64,000 nt of DNA from Octopus vulgaris (GCA_951406725.2 OX597815.1:52886001-52950000); one strand, 5' to 3'; positions 43,030 through 55,917 are shown, counted from the first letter of the stretch. Made by a program: numbers and translations. Notes: generated by a model not told the origin, from the letters alone.

Positions 43030-43349
43030 CTGCACGCCCGCCAACGTTTTTACATCAACTTCAAATATAATCTTAATCTAAATCATCTGAAAGGTATTCG
43101 TAGATAATTTCATTTCAAAATATCCATTTGCTGAAAGTTATGAGAAAACAAAGTCGACACTTATGAATTTTCCGAAACACCTCTCATCACCTCCCCCACC
43201 AAAAAAGAAAAAAAAATTCTCAACAAATCCCATTATAATCGTTATCTGCACAACCTGAAAAGTATTTGTCGAAAATTTCATTAAAAGACCATCCAGTTTT
43301 TTGAAGTTATAAGGAAACAGAGTCGAATGAGGGCACGCTTGTATAGATA
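43030..43349 (-). mobile_element. Degenerate Helitron/Helentron-like repeat
   Basis: Two related subrepeats (aatttcat..tcca..gaa.gttat.ag.aaaca.agtcga). The minus strand starts TCtatacaag. Confidence 0.45.
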
Positions 43350-44335
43350 TAACTAAAACTGTTATTAACCCAAGGCCAGTAATAGTAAGGTAATGTGTAC
43401 TCTTTATTTGAAACGTAAACTCTGTGAAAATGATGCTTGCAAAACCCCTATATCATCAGAAAAATCAAAACAACAAAATATCGGTGGTCGATGAAAATGA
43501 TGACGATCTAAATAATGTCTCGTAAACAGAAGAAAAATCAGCATAAATGTACGTGCTAGGTTTGCGGTTTGTTATACGCCTATTTTTCCAGTTACGCTCT
43601 ATCCACTAAAGCAAAGCTACAATAATACAGTGGTATAAAAAATTTGTAGAGGAAATAACCTGGATCCAAACGAAGCGTTAGAGCTGGCAGACTAGTAAAT
43701 GATACTTTTTGAAATGATTAGACATAGAAACTGAACACTTAAAAAGAACAAAAATACAAATAACGAACACAAAACGAACAACGAAACTAAAAACATTTAA
43801 ATGTGAATCACGAAAATAGTCTTAAAACGTGTAGAACAACGTATATAGCAAAGTAAACCCTAGAATACTTACTGAATCCTGAGTAATAGTAACCGAACTG
43901 TAATGTCACGAAGAAAAAGTATAAATAAAAATGGAATACGAGGAAGATTTAAGAATAGGGGATTCTGAATGTAAAAATTATGCACCTAATAATATAGAGG
44001 TGGAAATAATGAGAGAATTAAGAACAATAAAAGTAATTCTCCAAAATTCAACTAACAATAACACTAAAAAACGCAAATCTGAACATCACAGAGCTCATGA
44101 TGAAAACGGAGATATCAATATCATCAGGTTAAAGGAAATAATATACATAGCACCGACTGTAGCTATAAAGGAAAGTGGACACTATGTCAGGTCTGCTCAT
44201 GTAGGAATATCAGAACGTAAGCAAATAACATGGTGAACAAATAAAGAGAAAAAAGATAGAAAATAAACCAAAGATCTCTTAATCTTTAATGAAATAAATA
44301 ACAAATCGACATAGCTGAACAAATGAAAGAGAGAG

Positions 44336-44445
<110 letters not shown>

Positions 44446-44949
44446 GAAAGAGACAAAGAACTTCTACAGTTATATGAAGTATCTGAAATCAAAGAACACC
44501 TGAAACGAGATCCTCGATAATAGCTAATAATCCGTCAGTAACAACGACTCTTTGAACAAAACATACATTAGGAATCAATGGACTACATAGAGTATTAGGC
44601 ACACAAATGAAGCAAGGCTTTAGGAAGGAAGATTATAGACGCATTAGATTAACACTTAAAACAGAGATAAATTCAAAGAAAAAAAGGAAAAGAATTAGAA
44701 AAAGTAATAGGCGCCAATACTCTTCTCTTTCTGCTTCAGTAATAAATTAGTTGCGATATTCTCTGTTGGACTAGCAAGACTAGACAGAAAAACAAGAAGA
44801 ATAATGACACTACGAAATCTGACCTAGAGAGATAATATTTACCGCGAATTAAATATTCACAGTTAAATTGTAAGAGTAATGGAAAACTAATATAAATAAC
44901 AACAGAACACCGACAAAACAACAAAATTTGTGTATTAGCTTCAAGCATC

Positions 44950-45620
44950 TGAAATACAAGACAGTTACAAGGAGAAATGAGATACTACAAAAGAGAAAGT
45001 GAAAATGTTAAACTAAAATTGTCTACAGAATATCATACGAAAGAAACGTTAAGAAAAGTTCCTCATGATCAATATTTGCGAAACTGGGACAAGATGGCCA
45101 TTGGCACAATATGTTCGCAAAATTGGTTGAGACGTGCAGAACTGAGAATGAAGGATTTTTGTTTGTAGCACAGGATTAGAACCTTCATATTAGAAACCCT
45201 TAAATACATGTAATTAAGCAGAGCACATTAAGGAACTTGAGAATATCTGGAGATCGGGAAGAAGCAATTAACCATTTTGTTTCTAGTTTAACCAAAGACG
45301 AATATATTTACAAGTATGACTGAGTTTAAGATTTCATGCCTGTGTCATGAAATACCAACAGAGAAGGGAGGATGTAAACGTATGACTAAAAATATTCCAA
45401 CTGAAACAGCGACCAATCAACACAGACAGGAAAATCAAGGTTAATCAACCGGATATTATTGTCAACAACCACAATGAAAGGATGTGCCAGCTAATCGAAG
45501 TATCACTTCCAACAGACAATAATGTATATCTCACATAAATGGAGATATCATTTCAATATAATGATCTACAAATAAAGCTAACCAGAATGTGGTGATTGAA
45601 AATAGAAATAATCACTCTAT
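44950..45620 (+). mobile_element. Highly decayed R4/Dong LINE fragment
   Basis: Remnants PHDQY, TDRKIKVNQPDIIV..CQLIEVSLPTDNNV, YNDLQIKLTRMW. Confidence 0.7.
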
Positions 45621-47167
45621 ATCGAGTAAGAGCTCAATCTGTATCAATCAGATCTTAAACTATACAATTTCTCCAGTCACTCTTTTACTTGTCAAAAAGT
45701 CCACCAGAAAAAGGGGATTAAGTATTCTCTTTTCACCAATGGGCTTGGTGTAAGAGAAACGTAGGGTCATATTTGTATTTTGTTGTATCTAGGGTGAGTC
45801 ATTATGCCAATATTATTAACACATGCACTGGTTCAGTTTCACTCTTTTATCAGTCAGTTGGTTAAATATCCAATTAACTAATCGATTGTTTGTATAATTT
45901 GCTTAAACAGTGTTATTTGTTTTGTTTTTGTTTGTCTAAGCTCTTTCATTGTTACTAGCGACTTCAATGACTTTTGACTCAGTCCGTTACAGAGGCCTCC
46001 CTAACGGACTAATAATACTGGCATAATGACTCTCCTTAGACACAATAAAATTTCTTTCAACACACGAATTCACATTAAGAATCTTGCAAACCAAATACAA
46101 AAACATATTTTATTCATTATTGTTTAATATCTAGTAATATACATTGAAAATTTTTCCCGGGATTAATACATTGAAGTAAACACGCACATACACATGCACA
46201 CGCACGCGCACTCACACACACACACACACACACATGTATAAATATGATGATTACCGCTTCTTGTCAGATGATGGTCGCTTCTCGCATTAATGAATGCATC
46301 ATTGGATTTACGTGACAAAAGCTTGTACAACAATTTTGCAACTCTTTCACCCACCATAGTAGTTTTCAGTGACAAGCAGTGCAAGATGACTGGTACTATT
46401 TTGACTGAAAGTTTCATATCAGAATATCTGTCTTGTAGAAGAGATACTTTCCCCACGGCTTGTCAAATATACCAAGAGCACTTCTACCGATGGGAAATCT
46501 ATTTAGCCCATAGATGGAAACCTGACAAAAGCTTCACCACCGTTTTCAGTTTAATGCGTCATTCGACCGATGTTCATGAAGAAAAAAAAACAAATAAACA
46601 AGTAAAAACACGAAAGAAAAATCTCAATGAAATATCGTGTAAATTATTTCCAGCAATGTATGATGCAGGGTACAATGTTTATATACAATGTTTGGAATGT
46701 TTAATATATATGCACATTACGAAAGCGGATATTTTAGTACATGAAGATTGTAATATATATTTTAAATGGAAACTTACTCATATTAACCATATGCTATGAA
46801 CCTATATTGAATAAAATTATATAATGTAATGTTGGTTTCCCAGTAATATATAGTGGGCATGTCATAATAGTATTTATATTAATATATATATAGAGAGAGA
46901 GAATATATGCGATATTGATTATTGACATAATATACCACTTTTAGTAAGTGAACTCTGATCAGAGACTAGCCTGACAATATAAGATGTTTTGTAAGAAGAA
47001 GTCTGTATCAAATATACGGAATGTATGTAATGTCGATACGCTTATTAGATACCAGTTTCGGCTTATTCCTTTTAAAATATTGTCATTTTTGAGGGCATAC
47101 GGATACTAGCATATACATACATGCATACATCCGTACATGGATATATGTACGTGTATATATATATATA

Positions 47168-47409
47168 TTAATATTTATCGCCAAACTAATATGGCAGTCC
47201 ATAAATATAAGACTAAAGCTGTCGCTGATTAGCTCCAACAGGCCACCGCCTCTAGCTAGCTATATGACACACGAACCTGCGTCCATTACAACCTTCGAAC
47301 AGGGGAGGTCAGCCGCTTCACCTTGCTGGTCAGACATCTGCAGACATGTTTCAGGGTTGTTGCCCTTTATCAATGCAGCGTAGTCAGACCCAGCAGGTGT
47401 CGCTACTGA
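47168..47409 (-). repeat. HHR-containing repeat, copy A (duplicated at 51074-51319)
   Basis: About 242 bp near-identical to 51074-51319. The left flank is (TA)n. Confidence 0.92.
47319..47399 (-). ncRNA. Minimal type I HHR with U3-A8 compensated core and extended stem I
   Basis: ctgca-TTGATAA-AGGG-caacaa-CCCT-GAAA-CATG-TC-tgcag (core 47338-47378). Stem I extends via gtctgac/gtctgac and cacctgctgg/ccagcaaggtg. Confidence 0.8.
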
Positions 47410-49131
47410 AATCTTTATTATAGGCACTAAGGCCCGAATTAAGAGGGGACATTACAAGACAGGACGTGGGGTACATAAAGTAAAAAAATCGAAAATTATG
47501 AATTGAAATGGATATTTATAATGGATTAGATGGAACGGCTTACGAGCCCCCCAAAGCTCGCAGTTTCATTTAAATTACAATTTTACAATTTACAATTTTA
47601 CAAATACATATATTACTCTGCTACGTCGGGCACTCTGTATAGTCTGGTCTTTCATCTGTTATATACTCCATTAAGCCATCCTGATCCACATCAGCTGGTA
47701 AGGTGTCAAAACGTAAATATAACCATTCAAATGCGCTATATTCATTCATTTTGCGTCACTGACTCTTTTTCCACGATTACCGCCTTCCAATATTTATCAA
47801 ATATTCCTGGGGTCAACTTTACTCTAACTAAGTCTTTCCTACCTGGCAACATCTTTTCTAAATTTTCGTCCTTGTCGTATAACATTACCACTCTGTGTTT
47901 CTTTCCCTTGGGTCCTCCTCCTCTCTTACAAGCTTTCAACTGCTGTTTCAATTTCCTGTCCCATTCTTCAACTGCTTTTAGCGGTTCACTCACTTCTGCT
48001 TTTGTATCCTCTTCTCCCGTCCGGTTTTCCTTCTCGTCAGTAATCTTATTTTTCGCTTTTTTCTTCTTCTTTTTTTTTGTTCTTTAGGTGGTGATTCCAC
48101 CAGCGTTCTTTTTCTATTTTCTTTCTCCAACTCTTCACCACTTTCCGCATTATCTGTAGTAACGATTTCTCCCTCCTCCACACACGCATCTTGCAACTCA
48201 TTCGTTGAAGTCTGCAGTGCTATCGTTTTCTCCTGTACTTCTCTCAGCGGACACACATCCTTCATGTGGCCTCTTATTTTGCATTTGTGATATACTGGGG
48301 GTCTCCTCTCCACCACGACTCTGAGACGTGTCTCGTCGGGGAACACCAACTCCTCCGGGATGTTATACAGGTCAGGCATTGTAATGTGGACTAACGCCTG
48401 CACTGCATAACCCCACCACTTTACATCTTTTGATTTTTCGACTTTCAACATTTCCACGTTTTCCTTGCAATTAAACACCACTGCTGCTAAAATCCTTTCC
48501 ATATTTAGTTCGGGCGAAATCTTGCTTATTCTTATTCTGACTGCCCTTTTCCCGCAGTAGCTTGGTAAAACATCCATCTATCAGTTTTTAAAATTTTCGT
48601 TGCGTTCTTCTTCGCCTCGTCTTCACTTTTAAAGAGGACGACCACCGTTGCGAACTTTCTACCTCTGTTGTAGTAGGTAGACTCTCCTTCTATTCCTTTA
48701 AGATAGCATTCAACTTCCTCTATCGGTGCCACTTCTATTTTTTTCGAAGTCACGCTCCATGTTTTGTACGTTATAATCCGTTTCTCCGCTTCTTCCGCTT
48801 CTTCTGGTGGTGTGACCTTCACACACTCACCCTCCTTCTTCAAGCTGTCGAAATACTTGTTCAACGTCTCCTTCTCGACGATGACTTCTTCTAACTGCAA
48901 TTCGTTTGCAACCAGGCCCTTGCCTGCTGCACCCGCATACGTCTGGCTTTCCATTTTCGAGAAAAAAATCTCAATAAAATTTTTCACGCCGTAACAACTT
49001 CCACCGCCGGATTCGATCTCACGAAACGCGCCACCACAATAACGTAGTCAAAATTTTTCCGCCGCCAAAAAAAATACAGCTACACAAATAACGCAATCAG
49101 AAATCTCCGTCACCAAAAACAAAAACAAGCG
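47410..49131 (-). mobile_element. ORF1(gag)-only non-LTR (Tx1/L1-like) element, copy 1, with TSD
   Basis: TSD ggtgtcgctactga(aa) at 47396 and 49132. The 3' end reads ..gccttagtgcctatAATAAAga. No RT or endonuclease sequence lies between the ORF stop and the 3' end. Confidence 0.8.
47621..48954 (-). pseudogene. Gag/ORF1-like nucleic-acid-binding protein with CX2CX4HX4C knuckle (~440 aa; 2 frameshifts, 1 stop)
   Basis: MESQTYAGAAGK..RRM-like segment..RVVVERRPPVYHKCKIRGHMKDVCP..RPDYTECPT*. Copy 2 retains CHKCKIRGHMKDVC. Confidence 0.8.
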
Positions 49132-49145
49132 GGTGTCGCTACTGA

Positions 49146-50942
49146 AATCTTTATTATAGGCACTAAGGCCCGAATTAAGAGGGGACATTACAAGACAGGA
49201 CGTGGGTTACATAAAGTAAAAAAATCGAAAATTATGAATTGAAATGGATTAGATGGAACGGCTTACGAGCCCCCCAAAGCTCGCAGTTTCATTTAAATTA
49301 CAATTTTACAATTTACAATTTTACAAATACATATATTACTTTTTTTTTTTTTTTCTTAAATAAAAAAAAAAGTCTTTTTTTTTTTAAAAAAAAAATCTTT
49401 TTATCACAAGTTATGGTTAGTTTCATAATTAATAATTAACATTTGATGACACTACTGGAATTTAATGAAGAAGTGTTAATATTCCAGTATTCCAGAAGCT
49501 GGTCCCTGTGTTTAAGAGCAGATGCTAGATGCAGTTGTTAAAATGCATAGGATACCACTTTTATATATGTATATATATGAATATATATATATATATATAT
49601 ATATATTCATATGTGTGTTCATTTGTTTTGTTTTTTTTTTATTCGTTTTTGTTTGTTCTTCATGTTTGAATTATTTTATGAAAGTACTTATATTAAATAA
49701 TGCTTCTTTAAGTTACTTCTCTATTTTCTCCACCAAAATAATGGAATTAATCAACTTTCTAACTCACACACACACACCTATACACTTATAGTCCATTTGG
49801 GATAATACATCAAGACGTCAAGTATAAGCAATCATCAGGCAAGACTCAACCAGTTACTAAAATATCCGTGTCGTATATATGTTGTGAGTATGTGGAACTT
49901 CATGTATTGTTGCATCTTGAGTTGAAAAGAAAAGGTTGTAAGGGCATAAAACATTACATGTTAATACTGTATGGGAGTTATTTCCTTTGGTTGGTTAAGA
50001 ATATAGTTGAAAGTCTTTAACCCTTTTGTTACCAACCCAGCCATATATTACTCTGCTACGTCGGGCACTCTGTATAGTCTGGTCTTTCATCTGTTATATA
50101 CTCCATCAGGCCATCCTGATTCACATCAGCTGGTAAGGTGTCATAACGTAAATACAACCATTCAAATGCTTCATATTCAATCATTTTCTTCACTGACTCT
50201 TTTTCCACGATTACCGCCTTCCAATATTCATCATATATACCTGGGGTCAACTTTACTCTAATTAAGTCTTTCCTACCTGGCAACATCTTTTCCATATTTT
50301 TGTCCTTGTCGTATAACATTACCACTCTGTGTTTCTTTCCCTTGGGTCTTCCTCCTCTCTTACGAGCTTTCAACTGCTCTGCCAAATTTCTCATCCATTC
50401 TTCCTCTATTGTTGGTTTTACCGGCTCACTCACTTCTGCTTTTGTATCCTCTTCTCCCGTTCGGTTTTCCTTCTCGTCAGTAATCTTGTTTTTCGCTTTT
50501 TTCTTCTTCTTTTTTTGTTCTTTAGGTGGTGATTCCACCAGCGTTCTTTTTCTATTTTCTTTCTCCAACTCTTCACCACTTTCCGCATTATCTGTAGGAA
50601 CGATTTCTCCCTCCTCCTCACACGCATCTTGCAACTCATTCGTTGAAGTCTCCAGTGCTATCGTTTTCTCCTGTATTTCTCTCAGCGGACACACATCCTT
50701 CATGTGGCCTCTTATTTTGCATTTGTGACACACTGGGGGTCTCCCCTCCACCACGACTCTGAGACGCGTCTCGTCGGGGAACACCCTCCTTCTTCAAGCT
50801 AACGAAATACTTGTTCAACGTCTCCTTCTCGACGATGACTTCTTCTAACTGCAATTCGTTTGCAACCAGGCCCTTGCCTGCTGCACCCGCATACGTCTGG
50901 GATTCCATTTTCGAGAAAAAATCTAAAAAACTTCACCACGCC
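49146..50942 (-). mobile_element. ORF1-only element, copy 2 (5'-shorter, 484-bp internal deletion, split by an insertion)
   Basis: The 3' UTR (49146-49340) continues at 50053. ORF remnants span 50056-50908. The deletion lies between two cacc microhomologies (copy 1 positions 48344 and 48828). Confidence 0.82.
49341..50041 (-). other. ~700-bp poly(A)-tailed retro-insertion with 11-bp TSD
   Basis: catatattact at 49330-49340 and 50042-50052. A T-run at 49341-49354 corresponds to a minus-strand poly(A) tail. Confidence 0.8.
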
Positions 50943-51228
50943 GTCACTACTGACTGTCTGTTCGAAGATTTTATTTACCTAGTTTCCGTGGAATACATCC
51001 ACTTGTTTTCAATAACAGAAATATTAAAATTACTAAGTCTCTCCAAAGGAGATTACGACAGCGTTCCTGGATATTAATATTTATCGCCAAACTAATATGG
51101 CAGTCCATAAATATAAGACTAAAGCTGTCGCTGATTAGCTCCAAGAGACCATCGCCTCTAGCTAGCTATATGACACACGAACCTGCGTCCATTACAATCT
51201 TCGAACAGGGGAGGGAGGTCAGCCGCTT

Positions 51229-51309
51229 CACCTTGCTGGTCAGACATCTGCAGACATGTTTCAGGGTTGTTGCCCTTTATCAATGCAGCGTAGTCAGACC
51301 CAGCAAGTG
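51229..51309 (-). ncRNA. Minimal type I HHR with U3-A8 core, copy A'
   Basis: Core 51248-51288 is identical to 47338-47378. Confidence 0.8.
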
Positions 51310-51319
51310 TCGCTACTGA

Positions 51320-51625
51320 AACTTGTGCATGCGTTTCTGACTGTGCCTCTAGGAAGATCGCCGAATACCTCCTTGATTTGGTCACCAGCTCGGCCTTTGT
51401 GGGAAGGTAGGACAGTATGTATATTTTCTCAACCACGCCCCACACATAGTAATCCATGGGATTACAATTAGTGTAAGGAGGAGGCCAGAAATTGGTGCTG
51501 GTGAAGTCGGAGAAATTCTCCGACAACCAATCTGATTTTTTCGCAGGTATGGCAAAGAGTAAATCCTGCTGCCACACATATTTCCTTCCAGCAGCAACCT
51601 TTTTCACCCAGGGATAGACCACAGA
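51320..51625 (-). mobile_element. Tc1/mariner-superfamily transposase fragment (DD37D/maT-like)
   Basis: PWVKKVAAGRKYVWQQD..WLSENFSDF..FWPPPYTNCNPMDYYVWGVVEK..VRNAC. Confidence 0.85.
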
Positions 51626-52089
51626 CCTACGCTAGTGAATAACGGCATTATGATATTCGGTGCGAATCATCATGATATACGCAACTCTTTTCCAGTATTC
51701 AGATGGCTTCCATTCTCCATATCGGCCAACTTTTCCTCAACTATACGTTTAATCCTTTTTCTCCCCAACGTTGGCTGTTCACCAGTATATTATGTTTCTG
51801 AAAAAAGGATACAATACTCACATTTAACCCCAACACCCTTTACAGTTATACTTCGGCTGCTGTTTTGCAAATATATCATAGTGTCTACAGAATTCTCTCC
51901 ATATCTTCCTTTCTCTTTCTCACAAACATTCCCTCTATTCTCTTCTCTCCTTACTCTCTTTCCCCTCTATCGCCGAACACCTTGATCTGCATATACATAT
52001 ACATATGTACATGCACACAGACTCACATATACATACACACAACGAGACATATATATATATTATACACACACGGTATCGGGGTTTAGTTC

Positions 52090-52690
52090 ACAAGTGATCT
52101 AAACGATTACCTATGCGAGGTAAGTGCTCATCACACTCTATCTACCTCTTTTTCTATTTCTTTTCTTTACTTTTACCACTTAATAGCCACCTACGCTACC
52201 ATTCTGTTATTGAACGTTTATATGTTCGTTTTTTGGCCCCTTGTGGGTAATAAAGAAATCGAACGTTTATATGTTCGTGTCTTTTTTCTTGAGATGTCTA
52301 CTATATAAGGATTTCAGCCCACATGGACATACGCAGGATTGCACCTAAGGACTTACTCTCATGGATCTACGTAGGATTGCACCTAATGACTTATGCTCTG
52401 GTTTCTATAACTTCGGAAAGTTGAACTATGAACTTTTATGCTTCTTTTTTCTTCTATCTTTCCATCTCTTTATTCTTTTACTCCCTTTTCTTTGTTATCA
52501 TCTCATTAATATATACCTTTCTCATTTTCCATATTTTTCCCTATTTGTCTCTGATGACAGAATATCCCATACTCGAGGATGTCCCAGAAACAGCTCAGCT
52601 GAAAGATTTTTAATATCTTCCTATATAATAATATTGTATACGACTTGAGATGATTGCCTTGTCTTAATGTTTACTGTCTTGTTTAACAAT
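52090..52690 (+). mobile_element. pLTR-like element with decayed HHR (52548-52606)
   Basis: tct-CTGATGA..atatcc..ggatgt..GAAA-cagctcagctg-aa-aga. The boundaries are approximate. Confidence 0.45.
52230..52260 (+). mobile_element. 31-bp extremely 5'-truncated non-LTR tail with 18-bp TSD
   Basis: gaacgtttatatgttcgt at 52212-52229 and 52261-52278 flanks ..ggccccttgtgggtAATAAAgaaatc. Confidence 0.75.
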
Positions 52691-52696
52691 TATACA

Positions 52697-52732
<36 letters not shown>

Positions 52733-54289
52733 TTACATACATAAGCGTATGTATGTATATGCAGATATATACATGCATATATATATATACATGCATACCT
52801 ATATATATATGTGGGGGATATATATATATATATGTACGTTTACGTGCATGTATGTTTATAACTTAAATTCATTTTACAGTATTGCACCAAGAATCCATGT
52901 GGCTCAATATTTTTGTTCGGTCCTCAATTTCATATTGTGTCTCTAATCTCAATTAGGATGCAGAGATCTGCAAAATATTACATTTGATATTATCTGTTGT
53001 TAAGTATGAAAGAAGCAGTCTTGTGTTCTCACAGTGAGATGTTTGAAACATCATAGACTCCTGGTATATTTACCACCGAAATGATCTTGAAGTTGCTTCC
53101 TTGTCCAGGTTTCGGCTCCAAAGAGGTTTTCTATTTCTCTATACATGTCAAGAAGACCTGCCCTAGTACTGTGTGTGCGCGTGTGTGGGTGCGTGTGGGT
53201 ATGCCGGCGTGCCCTTGTGCATGATATGTATCTACTCACACACATGTATATATACATAATATACATGTTTATGTGCATAGACATATGTATGTATAATGTA
53301 GACCAGTGGTTCCGAACTTTTTCACAGTGGTTCGCAACCGTTTTATTTAAATGTGTTTTCCAACGGAAAACATAATATAACAGATATATGTACGTATCAT
53401 ATTCAATGCATAAACAATATCTATGCATGAAGTATCTGTATGCATGAATGTGGATATAATGCTTTACGAACAGTATAAGGTACCTGTTGATTTTCCATTA
53501 TATTTTTTCTAATAAAAGATATTTTCTCTTCTTTGTAAGTTATATTTATGAATTTAATTGTGTTTTTGGATAAATTGTAACTTTGATAAAATGCAGTAAT
53601 AAAAATTATTGGGAGGAAATAGATATCGATGAGCTTACACGGGGCAAGTCATCGGCTTTTATCAATGCGTGATGTCCAATGGAAAAATAACTCAATTTTT
53701 CAGTGTTAGTCATCAAACAGTAAATAACATAGTAGAGCGAAGAGGTAGATTAAAGAAGGACGTTGCTGAAAGAAGAAAAGTGGAAACCGCAAAAAGGATC
53801 TGAGTGGGAAAGGGAGCGATTAAGAGAGAAGTCGAAGTCATTAAACAGCAACTTCCAGTTGTTAGAGATAAAAGATACCATATTCTATGGATATCTTTTA
53901 GCCTTTATCTTTTACTTGTTTCAGTCATTTGAGTGCGGCCATGCCTCGAAGTATTTTTAGTCGCAAAAATCGGCTCCAGTACTTAATTTTGTTAAGCCTG
54001 GTACTTATTCTATCGGCTCGTTGACGATCTGTATAGTTATAGGGACGAAAACACCAGTACCGGTAATGATGTAACAGAGACAGACACAAAGACACACACA
54101 CACACACACACGCACACGCACACGTACACTCACAAGCACACACACAAACACAAGCACACACACGACACACACACCACACACACAACATACACACATACAA
54201 GGAATTTCTTTCAGTTTCCGTCTATCAAGTCCAGTCACACGTATGTATTAATGTATGTATGTATATATGTATGTATGTATGTATGTATA

Positions 54290-54359
<70 letters not shown>

Positions 54360-55113
54360 GCGCGTACATAGATTCATACATACATGTATTTGTTATGTTT
54401 ACAAACAAAGCAAAAATGTACTCAATATATGGTATAAAATTCATAATTTGCTAGCAATCAATGATTTATTCCCTTGTAGTTTGGAGTTTATGGATAGATA
54501 GGTAGATAGATATTTCAATACTTAACTGGTGCTTTTGGCATTAAGTACGAAGAAATGAAAAAAAAAAAAAGGCTGTCATCAAAAAGATGTAAACTCAGAA
54601 CTCAATGAGCCCGAACCTGTTTTGGTCGACATTGCTGCGCTGCTACGAAATGTCGTGATAATATCTAAAGCGAACAGAAACAAATTATAAAATCTGCTCA
54701 TTCACATTTTTTGTTCTGTGGTTTTCTTTGCTTCTTTCTATAAAAGAAAAACATGGTTATTCATATTCAAAATTGTGATAACGAAGGTGTTAATGGCGAG
54801 GGTGGCAACAGTCTGGGCGGTGGTGGTGTTGGAGATTTCTTGCACGTTTCATCTTTTGTTTTTGTATTCAGTTTCGTTATATATCTGTAAAAATGTGTGA
54901 GGTATAAATATATGTATGTGTGTGGGTGTGTGCGTGTGTGTATGTGTATGTGTGTATGTATATATGTATGTATGTGCATATGTATCGATATATAGTTATC
55001 TATTCGTGTATACACACATACACACATACGTATGAGTATATCTACCCATACGTTGTGTATGGTTATGTGTACATTTGTATGTATATTTGTGCGTTTTTAT
55101 CCCTACCTGCATG

Positions 55114-55174
<61 letters not shown>

Positions 55175-55306
55175 CATTTAGAGATAGAAACACACATATG
55201 CGTTGTGTGTGTTTACGTATGTATGAATGTATATATACACGAATACGCAGCCATATATTGATACATACACACATACATAGAAATACATATACGCATACAT
55301 CCATAC

Positions 55307-55355
<49 letters not shown>

Positions 55356-55392
55356 GGCTAGACGTAAACTTAAGACCAAAAAGAAAATAATT

Positions 55393-55917
55393 CACCGTCA
55401 CTAAAAAGTGACCAAGGGTGCAGGGAGCGCCGGCATTGCAAGAAATAGGAGTTAGAGACTCTTTCGCCACAGAAAGCACATGTTCTACTTAATTAACAGA
55501 AGAGAAAACATCCCCTCCGCAAGAAATTAATACTTATCAATAATGCTTAGTTCATGGCGGGTGGTGATGCTGAACTTTCGCTTGTCAGTATTTATAGAAT
55601 TTACCATAGGAATCAGTGTCTAGCCACTTAAATTATTTTATAATTTTCACATTACCATTTTGCGGAATCAGCTACTTATTCCAGTGTTAAATTCTATAGA
55701 TACTGACAGGTGGAAGTTCAGCTATGGAGTAAGAATTACTGATGTGCATTAATTTCTGTGCGAAATTAGCATGCTAATCTAATGCACCTCGCTTGCGGTG
55801 CGGAGGTTGTCTCCTCTATTAGTTAAATAGAATGTGTTTTTTGTGGGTAAAGAGTCTCTAACTTTTACTCCTAGCAATGCCGATGCTCCCGGCACCCTTA
55901 GTCACTTTTCGATGACA

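Noticed and set aside
47397-49340. LTR retrotransposon (~200-bp direct repeats around a gag-like ORF)
   Set aside because: The repeats lack TG..CA ends and a PBS. The second repeat is the 3' UTR of a second tandem copy that resumes at 50053.
53304-53345. hAT-like TIR start cagtggttccgaacttttt
   Set aside because: I found no matching opposite TIR or 8-bp TSD.
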